A DNA stretch of 64,000 bases from Cyanophora paradoxa CCMP329. Lineage: Eukaryota > Plantae > Glaucophyta. The position numbers and the translations under genes are program-made. The first letter of the stretch is position 1, and every line of letters starts with the position of its first letter. The stretch covers positions 1-64,000 of the forward strand of contig QPMI01000219.1 in the NCBI GenBank assembly GCA_004431415.1, given 5' to 3'. This document shows, piece by piece, positions 10,385 to 23,317 of this stretch. A model generated the notes under the pieces. That model had not been told where the DNA came from and searched no databases. It was given only the letters and a program-made list of their open reading frames with translations.

Positions 10385-13300
10385 CGAAGTTGAAGCCAGC
10401 CACCCCTCGAGGCTCACTCGTGTCTCTTGCCCCGTTGATAACTTTCAATGAGTTTCTTCGTCGCTCGAGTGCACGTGGTGGTGTCTCTCTCTCTCATCCT
10501 TCTCCTATTGTCAATACGCATCCTTCTAACCCATCCTCCAATCCCTGTTCTGTTCCTCGAGTCCCTTTACCAGTACGGAGGGAAAACGTCATTTCAAGTG
10601 AATTACCTATTGTGGCCAAGCCTGTTCGTCCTTCCGATGGCGAACATACTTTCAATGGTCAAACGCAGTTGCGTGAGCAAACGCAAGACGCTGGGAATGT
10701 GCCTGCTCCAAGAACAGTGCAAATATTGAAGTCCAATGGTTTGATCGAGGAGAGGCAGTTTGCTTCGAGTTCTGATGCCCTTGGTCAATCCAATGCTACT
10801 TCTAAACTTGACATTCGTTCTTTTCAACGCAAGCACTATGCAAATCTTGCGAAATATTCGAATCTGGCCCCAGTGGCTGCTTCTCTTGAATATGATGGGC
10901 ATAACACTTACATACTCAACTCTGTGGACCTGAAGCATACCCCCGGAGGTCCTGCAGTTGCTGGACGTCGATTTGCGACTACTCCACCTGGTCGGTCACT
11001 GCTAGAGGTCAAAATAAAGGGTCGAGCCTACTCCTTTTTGCTGGACACAGGAGCGGACATTTCCATTATTCTTTTGCATCATGTGAAGGATCTTGGTCTT
11101 GAACATAAGCTGTTTCGAATTCATCACACGCCTTCAGTTCGCCTTCCAAATTCAGAAGTCATTCATGTTCCGGGAGAGATTGTCATTTCTGGGACAGTTG
11201 GTCCCTTGACTACTTCTATCCCTTTCCTGGTTTGCGATTTCCCTCGATTTTCCTATGATGGAATCTTGGGACAGGACTTCTTTAGTGCCCATGGAGTCAC
11301 TTACCAGAATTTGGAAGATGGACCGCGCACAAGGACAAGCCTGTTGAATGTAAGATTTTCCCCATTTGTCAAGGCACTGATCGGTCACGGGAGTCAGAGC
11401 CGGACTCTCCACCTGCTCCACCTGAGGAGAACTCAAGTTCATGCAGTAGCTGGACGCCTCAGGAGCATGGAGTGGTGCTGGAGGTGGCAAGATCAGTTAA
11501 AATTGCATCTGGAGAACAAAAGTGGGTTGAGTTTCGAGTGCGTGATCACCATTTTGTTCAAGATGGTGGAGGCAAGATTGAAGGTCGCTATGAATGGGAT
11601 GGCAATCCCATGATTCACGTGGCCAGTGGATATGCTGATTGCCGTGGAGGCAGAGTCAAGGCACTTGTGGTGAATTTTGACCGGCAACACGGTGGTCCCG
11701 CCACAACAGTGCCTCGTGGTCTCAAACTTGCTCGATTTGTTCCCTTGAGCAGAGTTGTTTCTGAGATTTGTGACATTGGCCCTGTACTTTCTTATGACCA
11801 AGATGGGCGTGGAAGCCTGGAGTATTTAAACAATGGCGCCCCTCGTGCTTCCGATGAGTCTTGTGCCAAGGAAGTTAATGTCACTTCTGCCGAAGCTGTT
11901 CTGACCTCTCAGCATTCTTTCTCTCAGCACAAACCTTCTGAGATCACTGATCATTCTGAGATTCCACATGGACATGGGCCTCTGAAATACCAATCTGCCA
12001 ATTCTTCTCCCTCAATTTCTTCTTCACTGCAGCCAGAAGTAGGTTCTTCTACATCGCTTGATATGCATTCCAAGAGTTCTTCGGTATCTATGGTTCCCCC
12101 ATTCACTCCCACTGCTCATCTTCAATATCAAGTATCCATTGATGAGGCGAAGTCTCTGTCGTTTGAGGAGCTTAAGCAACGATTCGGTGAGCCTGCTGCT
12201 GATATTCTTCGCCAGATTGATGTTGGAGATAGAGGAGACAAGTCTGAGGATCGTGCTCGCATGTATGAGTTTCTTGAGAAGAATATCAAGGTCTTCCAAG
12301 ATAAGCCTTCGGTTTATGATCCAAATACTCCTAAACCTCCAATCAAACATACCATTCCTACTGGGAATGCAGCTCCCATTGCTGAACCTCCTCGGAGGAT
12401 GTCTGCAACAGAACGTCAGAAAGTTCTTGATGAGACCAAATCTCTTCTGGAGCGCAATTTAATCAAGCCTTCTCGATCTGCTTGGGCGGCTCCTGTCGTC
12501 CTTGTCAAGAAGAAGGATGGTTCCTGGCGGTTCTGCATTGATTATCGGAGACTCAACGCTGTCACCTCTGATGATGCATATCCCCTCCCACGCATAGATG
12601 ATGCATTAGAAGCTTTGTCGGGTGCTATATATATATCTCTGCTGGTGATATCCCAGATGGCTACTGGGGTGTCGAAATGGATCCGAATGATAGGGAGAAA
12701 ACTGCTTTTCGTGCTCCCAATGGACTCTTTGAGTGGAACGTTATGCCTCAGGGTCTCAAGACGGCCCCTGCAACGTTTCAAATGTTGATGAATCAGGTTT
12801 TGGGTACATATCTGTATGTTTTTGTTCTGGTGTATCTGGACGACATCTGTGTGTTTTCCAAATCGCTGGAGCAACACTTCAAGGATCTTCAATGGGTTAT
12901 AGATGCTCTGTATGCTGCTAATCTTCGACTGAAACCGAAGAAGTGCAAGTTCTTCAACGCTGAAGTCGAATATCTGGGTTTCTTAGTCACACGCAATGGA
13001 ATCAAACCTTCCCATTCCAAGACTGCTGCAGTGAAAACCTTTCCAACTCCTAAAGATGCTTCTCAGGTTAGGTCTTTTCTGGGGTTAGTTGGATATTACA
13101 GGATATTCATTCCTGACTGTGCTATCATTGCTGGTCCACTTCATGATCTCACGAACAAGAACTCAATTTTCAAATGGGGAGATCAAGAAGACTTTGCATT
13201 CCGCAAGTTGAAGGAGATCCTGTGCTCAAGTCCCATTCTTGCATTTCCAGACTTCTCCAAACAGTTCATTCTAAAGACAGATGCTTCTAAGACTGGTGTT

Positions 13301-15100
13301 GGAGCTGTGCTTTCTCAATTGGACTCTTCTGGGAATGAACGAGTTGTGTCTTTTGCTTCTCATAAGTTCAATGCTTCGGAGAAGAAATGGACCAAAGAGA
13401 TTGTCATCGAGTATGCTGCCGAACCACTTACTGAGGATCAACATAAATGGACTGTCACTGAGCAAGAACTATATGCTGTCTGGTGGGCTGTCACTAAGAA
13501 ATTTCCTCAGTATCTCAAGGGTCAGAAATTTATTATCAAGTCGGATCATTCGGCTCTGCAATACTTGAAGACATCCAAGAAGTTCCCCAATGCTCGCATT
13601 GCCAGATGGATTCTCTCAATGCAAGAGTTTGACTTTGATGTGCACTACAAGCCTGGCAAACATAATCAGGATGCGGATGCTTTGTCTCGCATTGCACATG
13701 CTGCTGTTCGTGCAATTGAAGCTATGGAGGCTACTCCTAACCTTTTCTATTCGCTGCTGGATGCAATTGAACTTCAGCTGAACTTGGGCTCTGATCACAT
13801 CAGGACTGAGCAACTCAACGATTCTTTGCTGTCACCAGTGATCAAATACCTTGAAGAAGACATCACAATTGAACCAGAGGGCACTGACAAAGTTGCCGAG
13901 AAGATGATCAAGTCTAGCAAATTTGTTCTCAAGGATGGAGTCCTTTGTCATCATCTTGCTGGCGACAAGCTGTACAGAATTGTCATCCCTGCTCATCTCA
14001 CGTCTACCGTGCTCAAATCTGTTCATTTATCTCTTGGGCATCCTGGCGTTGGCAAGATGTACGACCATATGAAGAGGCGATATTACTGGAAGTCTATGTA
14101 CGCTGATATCCACAACTTCGTCCTCAAATGTCCTGACTGCCAGTTGATCAAGCCTTTTCGTGGTGCGAAAGACATCCCTCAAATTCCTATCTTCGCGGAT
14201 GGTCCTATGCAACACTTGGAGATCGATATTGTCGGTCCTCTTCCCAAGACGAATCGTGGCAACAAATATCTCGTGACGATTATCGATGTCTTCACCCGAT
14301 GGTCTTTCGCGCTGCCTGCACGAACTAAATCTCCAATCTACGTCATTCGTGCACTCTTCGATCACTGGATTCCTACTCATGGAGTTCCCAGGAAGATTTC
14401 ATCGGATCAAGGTTCGGAGTTCAAGAATGCGCTTTTGCAATCTCTTCAGCAGTTCTATGGAATAAAAGCTGTCTTTTCGTCTACGTATCATCCTCAGAGT
14501 CAAGGACTCGTTGAAAAACTGAACGATGTGCTCATTACAAGGCTTCGCTTCCATTGTGAGCGTAATCCGAAGGAATGGGATCTTTATCTTCCTTGCGCAT
14601 TACTCGCAGTTCGGAACTATCGCAATCCTCGTACTGGATATACGCCGTTCGAAATGGTGTATGGTCGTCCATGTGTACTTCCCGTTGATCTTCTGATCAA
14701 TCCGGATGGCGTAACGTCTGGTAATCATAATGAGTATGCGAAAATGTTGGCTCGTCGCTTTTCTCGCATTTACTCCGATGTCGAGTCTGAAAAACAACTC
14801 ATTCTTGCTAATCGGCCTGACAACGTTGCTCCAAGATTTGTCCCTGGTGAATTTGTCAAGGTCATGGCTATTCGGACTCGTCATTCTTCTAAATTGGATG
14901 CGAAGTTTACTGGTCCTTGGGCTGTTTTGCGTGACGTGACGCGTGGCCTTGGTAAATCGTTTGAAGTTCAGTTCGTTGGTGAGTCTGGTCGAAACGCGCC
15001 TAAGCCTGGTATGGTGCAAGTTCACCCTGTTAGTCGGCTACGCCCATGGCGATCTCCTTCTTCGATACATGAGCCCTCTACGCTCTCGTCTCGTTCCTAG
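10342..15100 (+). pseudogene. pol: Gypsy B pol (protease, dUTPase-like, RT, RNase H, integrase); frameshifts near 11330 and 12635
   Basis: FLLDTGAD; [19 protein letters not shown]; KTDASKTGVGAVL; HHCC; IDIVGP / SDQG / EKLN; KFTGPW. Confidence 0.95.
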
Positions 15101-15140
15101 TTGGCCAGCGAGGACGTGGCCTTCTCTACTACCGAGCGGA

Positions 15141-15295
15141 TGATGTGGAGTGTAGCTGGTTCGGGTTCTGTGTCGTAGTTTGCCCCCTACATCGCCCCTC
15201 TTTCTCTTTCGGCATAGGATATTTGTATCCCCTTCGTGTGCCCCTGCACCCCAGTCTTGGTGTGTCCAATAATAAAGTGTCCACAATCCTTATCA
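15141..15295 (+). repeat. Gypsy B 3' LTR (155 bp)
   Basis: Follows the pol stop by 40 bp; followed by CGGA. Confidence 0.95.
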
Positions 15296-15768
15296 CGGAG
15301 CTGATGCTGTTGCGCTGTACCGCGAGCGCTCCCAGAGACTTGAATCCCTACGCAAACTTCAGAAGAAGGTCTCTCTCAGCAATCGCCAGCTTGCCAGGCT
15401 TCAGCACCGGCTTACATTCGAAAGCGGCTCTAAGCGCGACTGGGCGCGGCTTGCCAGGCTCTCCTCCGTTGTCCCCCCGCCGCTGCATTTCACTTCTGAT
15501 GGTCCCATTGCTGTCGCTGTTGAGCCTGCTGCAGTTGCAAACTATTTGGCTAGAAAGCTTGAAGAACTGGGCGCTCCTACCCCTGCTTTCCTGTTGACCC
15601 AGACGTCCATCCTCGACGCTCTCTGCCCCCCTCCTGACCCCCCCGATGACCCTTCTATTGATATCCGCCTTCCTGCCCAGGATAATCCTTCCGCTGCTGC
15701 TTTCATTCGGCAATTTGTGGACGACCTCTTGCCTCATGTTCAGGGCACTGTCCCCCCTGCCTGGCGCA
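15296..15768 (+). pseudogene. LINE ORF2 fragment (endonuclease-RT linker, piece 3)
   Basis: Startless open frame GADAVALYRERSQRLESL...QGTVPPAW, in frame with 7644-7811 once the TSD is collapsed. Confidence 0.65.
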
Positions 15769-18700
15769 CCAGGTTTCTGATCTGCCAGAAAATAGAAGAA
15801 AGATGCATCCCAAATCTCTCTGGGGGAATATGCCCAAGGCGCTAGCCTTAGGCAGATGACCCACCCACCAGCAAGTCACCCAGTCCAAGGCCCCAGGTTT
15901 CCTATCTGCCACAAAAAAGAAGGAAGATGCACTTCAAATCTCTTTGGGGGAATATGCACAAGGCACTAGCGTTAGGCAGATGACCCTCCCACCAGCAAGT
16001 CACTCAGTCGAAGGCCCCAGGTTTCCAATCTGCCAGAAAATAGAAGAAAGATGCACCCCAAATCTCTTTGGGGGAATATGCACAAGGCGCTAGCCTTAGG
16101 CAGATGACCCATGCACCAGCAAGTCACACAAGTGAAGGCCCCAGGTTTCCGATCTGCCACAAAATAGAAGAAAGATGCACTTCAAATCTCTCTGGGGGAA
16201 TATGCACAAGGCACCCACCAGCATGTCACTCAGTCGAAGGCCCCAGTTTTCCGATCTGCCACAAAATAGAAGAAGGATGCACCCCAAATCTCTTTGGGGG
16301 AATATGCACAAGGCGCTAGCCTTAGGCAGATGACCCACCCACCAGCAAGTCACTCAGTCGAAGGCCCCAGGTTTCCAATCTGCCACAAAATAGAAGACAG
16401 ATGCACCCCAAATCTCTCTGGGGGAATATGCCCAAGGCGCTAGCCTTAGGCAGATGACCCACCCACCAGCAAGTCACCCAGTCGAAGGCCCCAGGTTTCC
16501 TATCTGCCACAAAAAAGAAGGAAAATGCACTTCAAATCTCTTTGGGGGAATATGCACAAGGCGCTAGCGTTAGGCAGATGACCCTCCCACCAGCAAGTCA
16601 CTCAGTCGAAGGCGCCAGGTTTCCAATCTGCCAGAAAATAGAAGAAAGATGCACCCCAAATCTCTTTGGGGGAATATGCACAAGGTGCTAGCCTTAGGCA
16701 GATGACCCACCCAACAGCAAGTCACTCAGTCGAAGGCCCCAGGTTTCTGATCTGTGACAAAAAGAAGAAAGATGCACCCCAAATCTCTCTGGGGGAATAT
16801 GCCCAAGGCGCTAGCCTTAGGCAGATGACCCACCCACCAGCAAGTCACCCAGTCCAAGGCCCCAGGTTTCCTATCTGCCACAAAAAAGAAGGAAGATGCA
16901 CTTCAAATCTCTTTGGGGGAATATGCACAAGGCGCTAGCGTTAGGCAGATGACCCTCCCACCAGCAAGTCACTCAGTCGAAGGCCCCAGGTTTCCAATCT
17001 GACAGAAAATAGAAGACAGATGCACCCCAAATCTCTCTGGGGGAATATGCACAAGGTGCTAGCCTTAGGCAGATGACCCACCCACCAGCAAGTCACTCAG
17101 TCGAAGGCCCCAGGTTTCCGATCTGCCACAAAATAGAAGAAGGATGCACCCCAAATCTCTCTGGGGGAATATGCACAAGGCGCTAGCCTTAGGCAGATGA
17201 CCCACCCACCAGCAAGTCACTCAGTCGAAGGCCCCAGGTTTCCGATCTGCCACAAAATAGAAGAAGGATGCACCCCAAATCTCTCTGGGGGAATATGCAC
17301 AAGGCGCTAGCCTTAGGCAGATGACCCATCCACCAGCAAGTCACTCAGTCGAAGGCCCCAGGTTTCCGATGTGCCACAAAATAGAAGAAAGATGCACTTC
17401 AAATCTCTCTGGGGGAATATGCACAAGGCGCTAGCCTTAGGCAGATGACCCACCCACCAGCAAGTCACTCAGTCAAAGGCCCCAGGTTTCCGATCTGCCA
17501 CAAAATAGAAGAAAGATGCACTTCAAATCTCTCTGGGGGAATATGCACAAGGCGCTAGCCTTAGGCAGATGACCCTCCCAAAAGCAAGACACTCAGTTAA
17601 AGGCCCCAGGTTTCCGATCTGCCACAAAATAGAAGAAAGATGCACCCCAAATTTCTCTGGGGGAATATGCACAAGGCACTAGCCTTAAGACGACCCACCC
17701 ACCAGCAAGTCACTCAGTCAAAGGCCCCAGGTTTCCGATTTGCCACAAAATAGAAGAAGGATACACCCCAAATTACTCCGGGGGAATATGCACAAGGCGC
17801 TAGCCTTAGGCAGATGACCCACCCACCAGCAAGTCACTCAGTTGAAGGCCCCAGGTTTCTAATCTGCCAGAAAATAGAAGAAGGATGCACCCCAAATCTC
17901 TTTGGGGGAATATGCACAAGGCGCTAGCGTTAGGCAGATGACCCTCCCACCAGCAAGTCACTCAGTTGAAGGCGCCAGGTTTCCAATCTGCCAGAAAATA
18001 GAAAAAGGATGCACTTCAAATCTCTCTGGGGGAATATGCACAAGGCGCTAGCCTTAGGAAGATGACCCACCCACCAGCAAGTCACCCAGTCGAAGGCCCC
18101 AGGTTTCCTATCTGCCACAAAAAAGAAGGAAGATGCACCCCAAATCTCTTTGGGGGAATATGCACAAGGCGCTAGCCTTAGGCACATGACCCACCCACCA
18201 GCAAGTCACTCAGTCGAAGGCCCAAGGTTTCCAATCTGCCAGAAAATAGAAGAACGATGCACCCCAAGTCTCTCTGGGGGAATATGCACAAGGCGCTAGC
18301 CTTAGGCAGATGACCCACCCACCAGCAAGTCACTCAGTCGAAGGCCCCAGGTTTCCAATCTGCCAGAAAATAGAAAAAGGATGCACTTCAAATCTCTCTG
18401 GGGGAATATGCACAAGGCGCTAGCCTTAGGCAGATGACCCTCCCACCAGCAAGTCACTCAGTCGAAGGCCCCAGGTTTCTGATCTGCCACAAAATAGAAG
18501 ACAGATGCACCCCAAATCTCTCTGGGGGAATATGCCCAAGGCGCTAGCCTTAGGCAGATGACCCACCCACCAGCAAGTCACCCAGTCGAAGGCCCCAGGT
18601 TTCCTATCTGCCACAAAAAAGAAGGAAGATGCACTTCAAATCTCTTTGGGGGAATATGCACAAGGCGCTAGCGTTAGGCAGATGACCCTCCCACCAGCAA

Positions 18701-19346
18701 GTCACTCAGTCGAAGGCCCCAGGTTTCCAATCTGCCAGAAAGTAGAAGAAAGATGCACCCCAAATCTCTTTGGGGGAATATGCACAAGGTGCTAGCCTTA
18801 GGCAGATGACCCACACACCAGCAAGTCACACAAGTGAAGGCCCCAGGTTTCCGATCTGCCACAAAATAGAAGAAAGATGCACTTCAAATCTCTCTGGGGG
18901 AATATGCACAAGGCACTAGCCTTAGGCAGATGACCCTCCCAAAAGCAAGACACTCAGTTAAAGGCCCCAGGTTTCCGGTCTGCCACAAAATAGAAGAAAG
19001 ATGCACCCCAAATTTCTCTGGGGGAATATGCACAAGGCACTAGCCTTAAGACGACCCACCCACCAGCAAGTCACTCAGTCAAAGGCCCCAGGTTTCCGAT
19101 TTGCCACAAAATAGAAGAAGGATACACCCCAAATTACTCTGGGGGAATATGCACAAGGCGCTAGCCTTAGGCACATGACCCACCCACCAGCAAGTCACTG
19201 AGTTGAAGGCCCCAGGTTTGCAATCTGCCAGAAAATAGAAGGATGCACCCCAAATCTCTTTGGGGGAATATGCACAAGGCGCTAGCCTTAGGCAGATGAC
19301 CCACCCACCAGCAAGTCACTCAGTCGAAGGCCCCAGGTTTCCTATC
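15769..19346 (+). repeat. 124-bp satellite block (~29 monomers)
   Basis: Tandem monomers with block-specific variants. Confidence 0.97.
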
Positions 19347-20088
19347 TATTTGATTACGATTAGGCGAGCAGCATCGATGAACAAAGCCTTCGGAGCTGAT
19401 CGCTTGCCGCTTCCAGGCGCTGGAGGCGTGCTTACACGATCGCTGCAGCTGGCCACGCTAGGCGCGCTGGACAGCGGCACTGGACTGGCGCGGGGCGTGC
19501 TCGGGACTGTCGGACAAAGGAGTTTAGATCCAAATGAACCGATCTGAAGCGCTTGCGCATGCAGCACTGCCGTCGAACCTGGACTCTGGGCGGGAGAGCC
19601 GCTGACCGACCGGGCGAGCTTCGGTGCGCCGCGGAGGCTGCAGCTGACTGCGGAAGTTGAAGCAGATACAACTACATCTGGTTGCGACCCAAACCCCGCT
19701 GGAGCGGCGCTCTTCTGCTGTACTGGGGGAACGGGCCGGGCGCAAACGCAATTCCGGTATTTTGCCGATTTCGACGTAAATATTGTTTTTCGAAGATAGC
19801 GAAATTATAGATCGAATCCGTCTCCGATAAATGCAATAATAGAAAATCCGGCTTATGACTATAAATCAAATTCGAAGCCAATTCCATCGATTCCGCATCC
19901 ATTCGCGAACACCCCACAATTGCTTACAATCTGTCTCCAATACCGTAATTGGTCTAGCGAAGTATAAGCGCTAGCTATAAATTGGATATTAAATTAAGTT
20001 TTAAGGATCTCTATCGCACAAAAATTCGCGTATTCACTGCATGATTGTGCGCACTGCATGATTGTGCGCGTTCACTGGTGCCACTGTC

Positions 20089-20620
20089 TTACCAATACCC
20101 CTGTTGCCAATTGGAATGACAAAGATGCTATTGCCAATCATAATCGCACCTAGCCCACTCTTCGTAACAAGATTGCGAAGGCTTTTTTCCGACTCTTCTC
20201 AACTGTTCCTGGTTTTCGGACGTTTTCCCGGGATGTTATGGCGCAGCCAGATTTCCCATCCTTCTACGCTCATTCCTGTGTGTCCATTTTGCACACTGCT
20301 GCCTCAAGCCAGGCACAAGAGAATTATTTCGGATTTAATTGGATGAATGCTCGTTTACCTGGTTATAATCCCCACACATTTGCTCGGCAGAAGATTCTAT
20401 GTGCCGGTGAACTTCGGCCGGAATTGGGGATGCAGGATGTCATGCAGGACATTACGTCTCAGCTCGGTATATTCGGTCAAGTTCCCGTTGGTCAGAACCC
20501 GTGGTATTTCCTGGATACACTTGAGAAAATGGTCAATGCGAATGCGCCCGCTCTTTTCAATGCAATGTCATCGATTGGAACCGGGGCACCCCGTTCTTTT
20601 CAAATTGGTACGGAAAATTT
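20089..20620 (+). pseudogene. gag: gag fragment of a third Gypsy family (C)
   Basis: TPVANWND...HNRT*PTLRNKIAKAF...AQENYFG...ELRP...GIFGQVP aligns by eye with A and B gag. Confidence 0.6.
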
Positions 20621-20833
20621 TTTTTTTCACCCCCAAATTTGAAACAAGAAAAGAAACCTGTCAGAGTGCTTCGGAGAATCCCAGCGCTCGGTGCCCGCCG
20701 TTTGGGAAGTCCAAGAGACAAGAAAGTAGAAAAAAGAATGAAAGAGACGTCTGCCCCGCTTCCGAGACAGAAAACCTGATTTTCGCCCTGCCTGCCCAAC
20801 TTCCTCGTTTTGGCTGATGGGCACGCACCAAGC

Positions 20834-21742
20834 ATGAAGTGCAAGACAAGGACTCTCTCAAAAGGCCTTGTTTTCGCTCTCGGCATCATTTCTCTTGTTC
20901 ATGTACTTCAGCGGCCTCAGGAATATGCTGCAGATACTCGCAACAACACCAAAGGAAATGCTAGGTACTCTCGCGGCCCTCTTTCACGCGTGCACATTCT
21001 TCGTTTTGGAACAGCCGACAGTACTTTCGGCGAAGTGTTTCTGATGGCCGCGTACATGAGATGTGGTCCCTTGTGTGATTTCTATGTCGTGGCTGCAGTG
21101 GACATACATCTCCGAGAGATCGATTGCTCAAAATATGCTTTTGTTATCTGTGACAGACCTGCGCATGATATGATCACAGTATTTGAAAAGAGTTGTGTTT
21201 CCGTCGTACCTGTCGTCTGCCAGCTATCTTGGGCGGATCGTCATGGCGCAGGATATCAAGCTGCACTTTTTTCCTCTTCAGGACATCCAAATACTCTCAA
21301 AGACTCTCTGAGCTTTATTTATTTCTGTGAACAGGCGAGTTTTACAGATTGCATGACTGGAAAGCCGATTCCTGTTACGAAACTGAGAGCTCCTGCCCCG
21401 TCACATAAAGTGCATGCGTGCCTGAGTCCGGTCTTTGGTGACGTGGGTAACAAATTGAGAGAGTGGGTTGAGTATCAACTGCAGATGGGAGTCGCGAATA
21501 TTGATATCCACATGACGTGCGACGTTTCCTCAGCAACACTTTTGAGTATACACGAGTTCGTGGTTTCGTCTCAGGTTCAAATCTATGTATGGGACCTTCC
21601 ATTCGAGATGCACTACCGCGGCCAAGTTTTAGCCATTTTAAGTTGCTTTATACGAAACTTTGGGGATGCGGAATGGGTTTTGAACACGGACATCGAATGG
21701 GTTTTGAACACGGACCCAACAAGGAGGCCGAGCGCCTCTTGA
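20834..21742 (+). pseudogene. 3'-truncated copy of the GT92 glycosyltransferase
   Basis: Near-identical to 23529 onward up to WVLNTDI, then a local duplication and fusion to an integrase fragment. Confidence 0.85.
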
Positions 21743-22058
21743 AAACAAATAAGTTTTCGCTTCGTTCTGGAGTACTTGTACATCATACGCATTTGCGGTT
21801 CCAGATCATTTGCGCGACACAGTTCTTTCCACAGTTCATCAGTCTCTTGGACACCCTGGCATTGGCGGAACATGTTCGCCGACGTAGTTGATTTGGTTTC
21901 TCGGCGCGCCGACTGTCAGCGCATCAAGGTAACGAAGCAACTGAAAGATGTTCCACAATTTCAAATCCATTCCGACGGACCTATGCAGCATATTGAAATT
22001 GATATTGTTGGTCCGCTCCCTAGAACTTCGGCTGGAAACGAATATTTGATTACGATTA
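21716..22058 (+). pseudogene. Degenerate Gypsy integrase fragment (related to, but distinct from, A and B)
   Basis: NKEAERLLKTNKFSLRSGVLVH...PMQHIEIDIVGPLPRT. Confidence 0.85.
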
Positions 22059-22785
22059 GGCAAGCAGCATCGATGCACAAAGCCTTCGGAGCTGATCGCT
22101 TGCCGCTTCCAGGCGCTGGAGGCGTGCTTACACGATCGCTGCAGCTGGCCACGCTAGGCGCGCTGGACAGCGGCACTGGACTGGCGCGGGGCGTGCTCGG
22201 GACTGTCGGACAAAGGAGTTTAGATCCAAATGAACCGATCTGAAGCGCTTGCGCATGCAGCACCGCCGTCGAACCTGGACTCTGGGCGGGAGAGCCGCTG
22301 ACCGACCGGGCGAGCTTCGGTGCGCCGCGGAGGCTGCAGCTGACTGCGGAAGTTGAAGCAGATACAACTACATCTGGTTGCGACCCAAACCCCGCTGGAG
22401 CGGCGCTCTTCTGCTGTACTGGGGGAACGGGCCGGGCGCAAACGCAATTCCGGTATTTTGCCGATTTCGACGTAAATATTGTTTTTCGAAGATAGCGAAA
22501 TTATAGATCGAATCCGTCTCCGATAAATGCAATAATAGAAAATCCGGCTTATGACTATAAATCAAATTCGAAGCCAATTCCATCGATTCCGCATCCATTC
22601 GCGAACACCCCCACAATTGCTTACAATCTGTCTCCAATACCGTAATTGGTCTAGCGAAGTATAAGCGCTAGCTATAAATTGGATATTAAATTAAGTTTTA
22701 AGGATCTCTATCGCACAAAAATTCGCGTATTCACTGCATGATTGTGCGCACTGCATGATTGTGCGCGTTCACTGGTGCCACTGTC

Positions 22786-23317
22786 TTACCAATACCCCTG
22801 TTGCCAATTGGAATGACAAAGATGCTATTGCCAATCATAATCGCACCTAGCCCACTCTTCGTAACAAGATTGCGAAGGCTTTTTTCCGACTCTTCTCAAC
22901 TGTTCCTGGTTTTCCGACGTTTTCCCGGGATGTTATGGCGCAGCCAGATTTCCCATCCTTCTACGCTCATTCCTGTGTGTCCATTTTGCACACTGCTGCC
23001 TCAAGCCAGGCACAAGAGAATTATTTCGGATTTAATTGGATGAATGCTCGTTTAGCTGGTTATAATCCCCACACATTTGCTCGGCAGAAGATTCTATGTG
23101 CCGGTGAACTTCGGCCGGTATTGGGGATGCAGGATGTCATGCAGGACATTACGTCTCAGCTCGGTATATTCGGTCAAGTTCCCGTTGGTCAGAACCCGTG
23201 GTATTTCCTGGATACACTTGAGAAAATGGTCAATGCGAATGCGCCCGCTCTTTTCAATGCAATGTCATCGATTGGAACCGGGGCACCCCGTTCTTTTCAA
23301 ATTGGTACGGAAAATTT
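22786..23317 (+). pseudogene. gag: Second copy of the family C gag fragment
   Basis: Duplicate of 20089-20620. Confidence 0.6.

Larger units (their letters stand above)
8494..15295 (+). mobile_element. Ty3/Gypsy family B, structurally full length (6.8 kb), frameshifted, probably recombinant
   Basis: LTR-gag-PR-RT-RH-IN-LTR order; the two LTRs differ at 5 positions and share no TSD. Confidence 0.95.
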
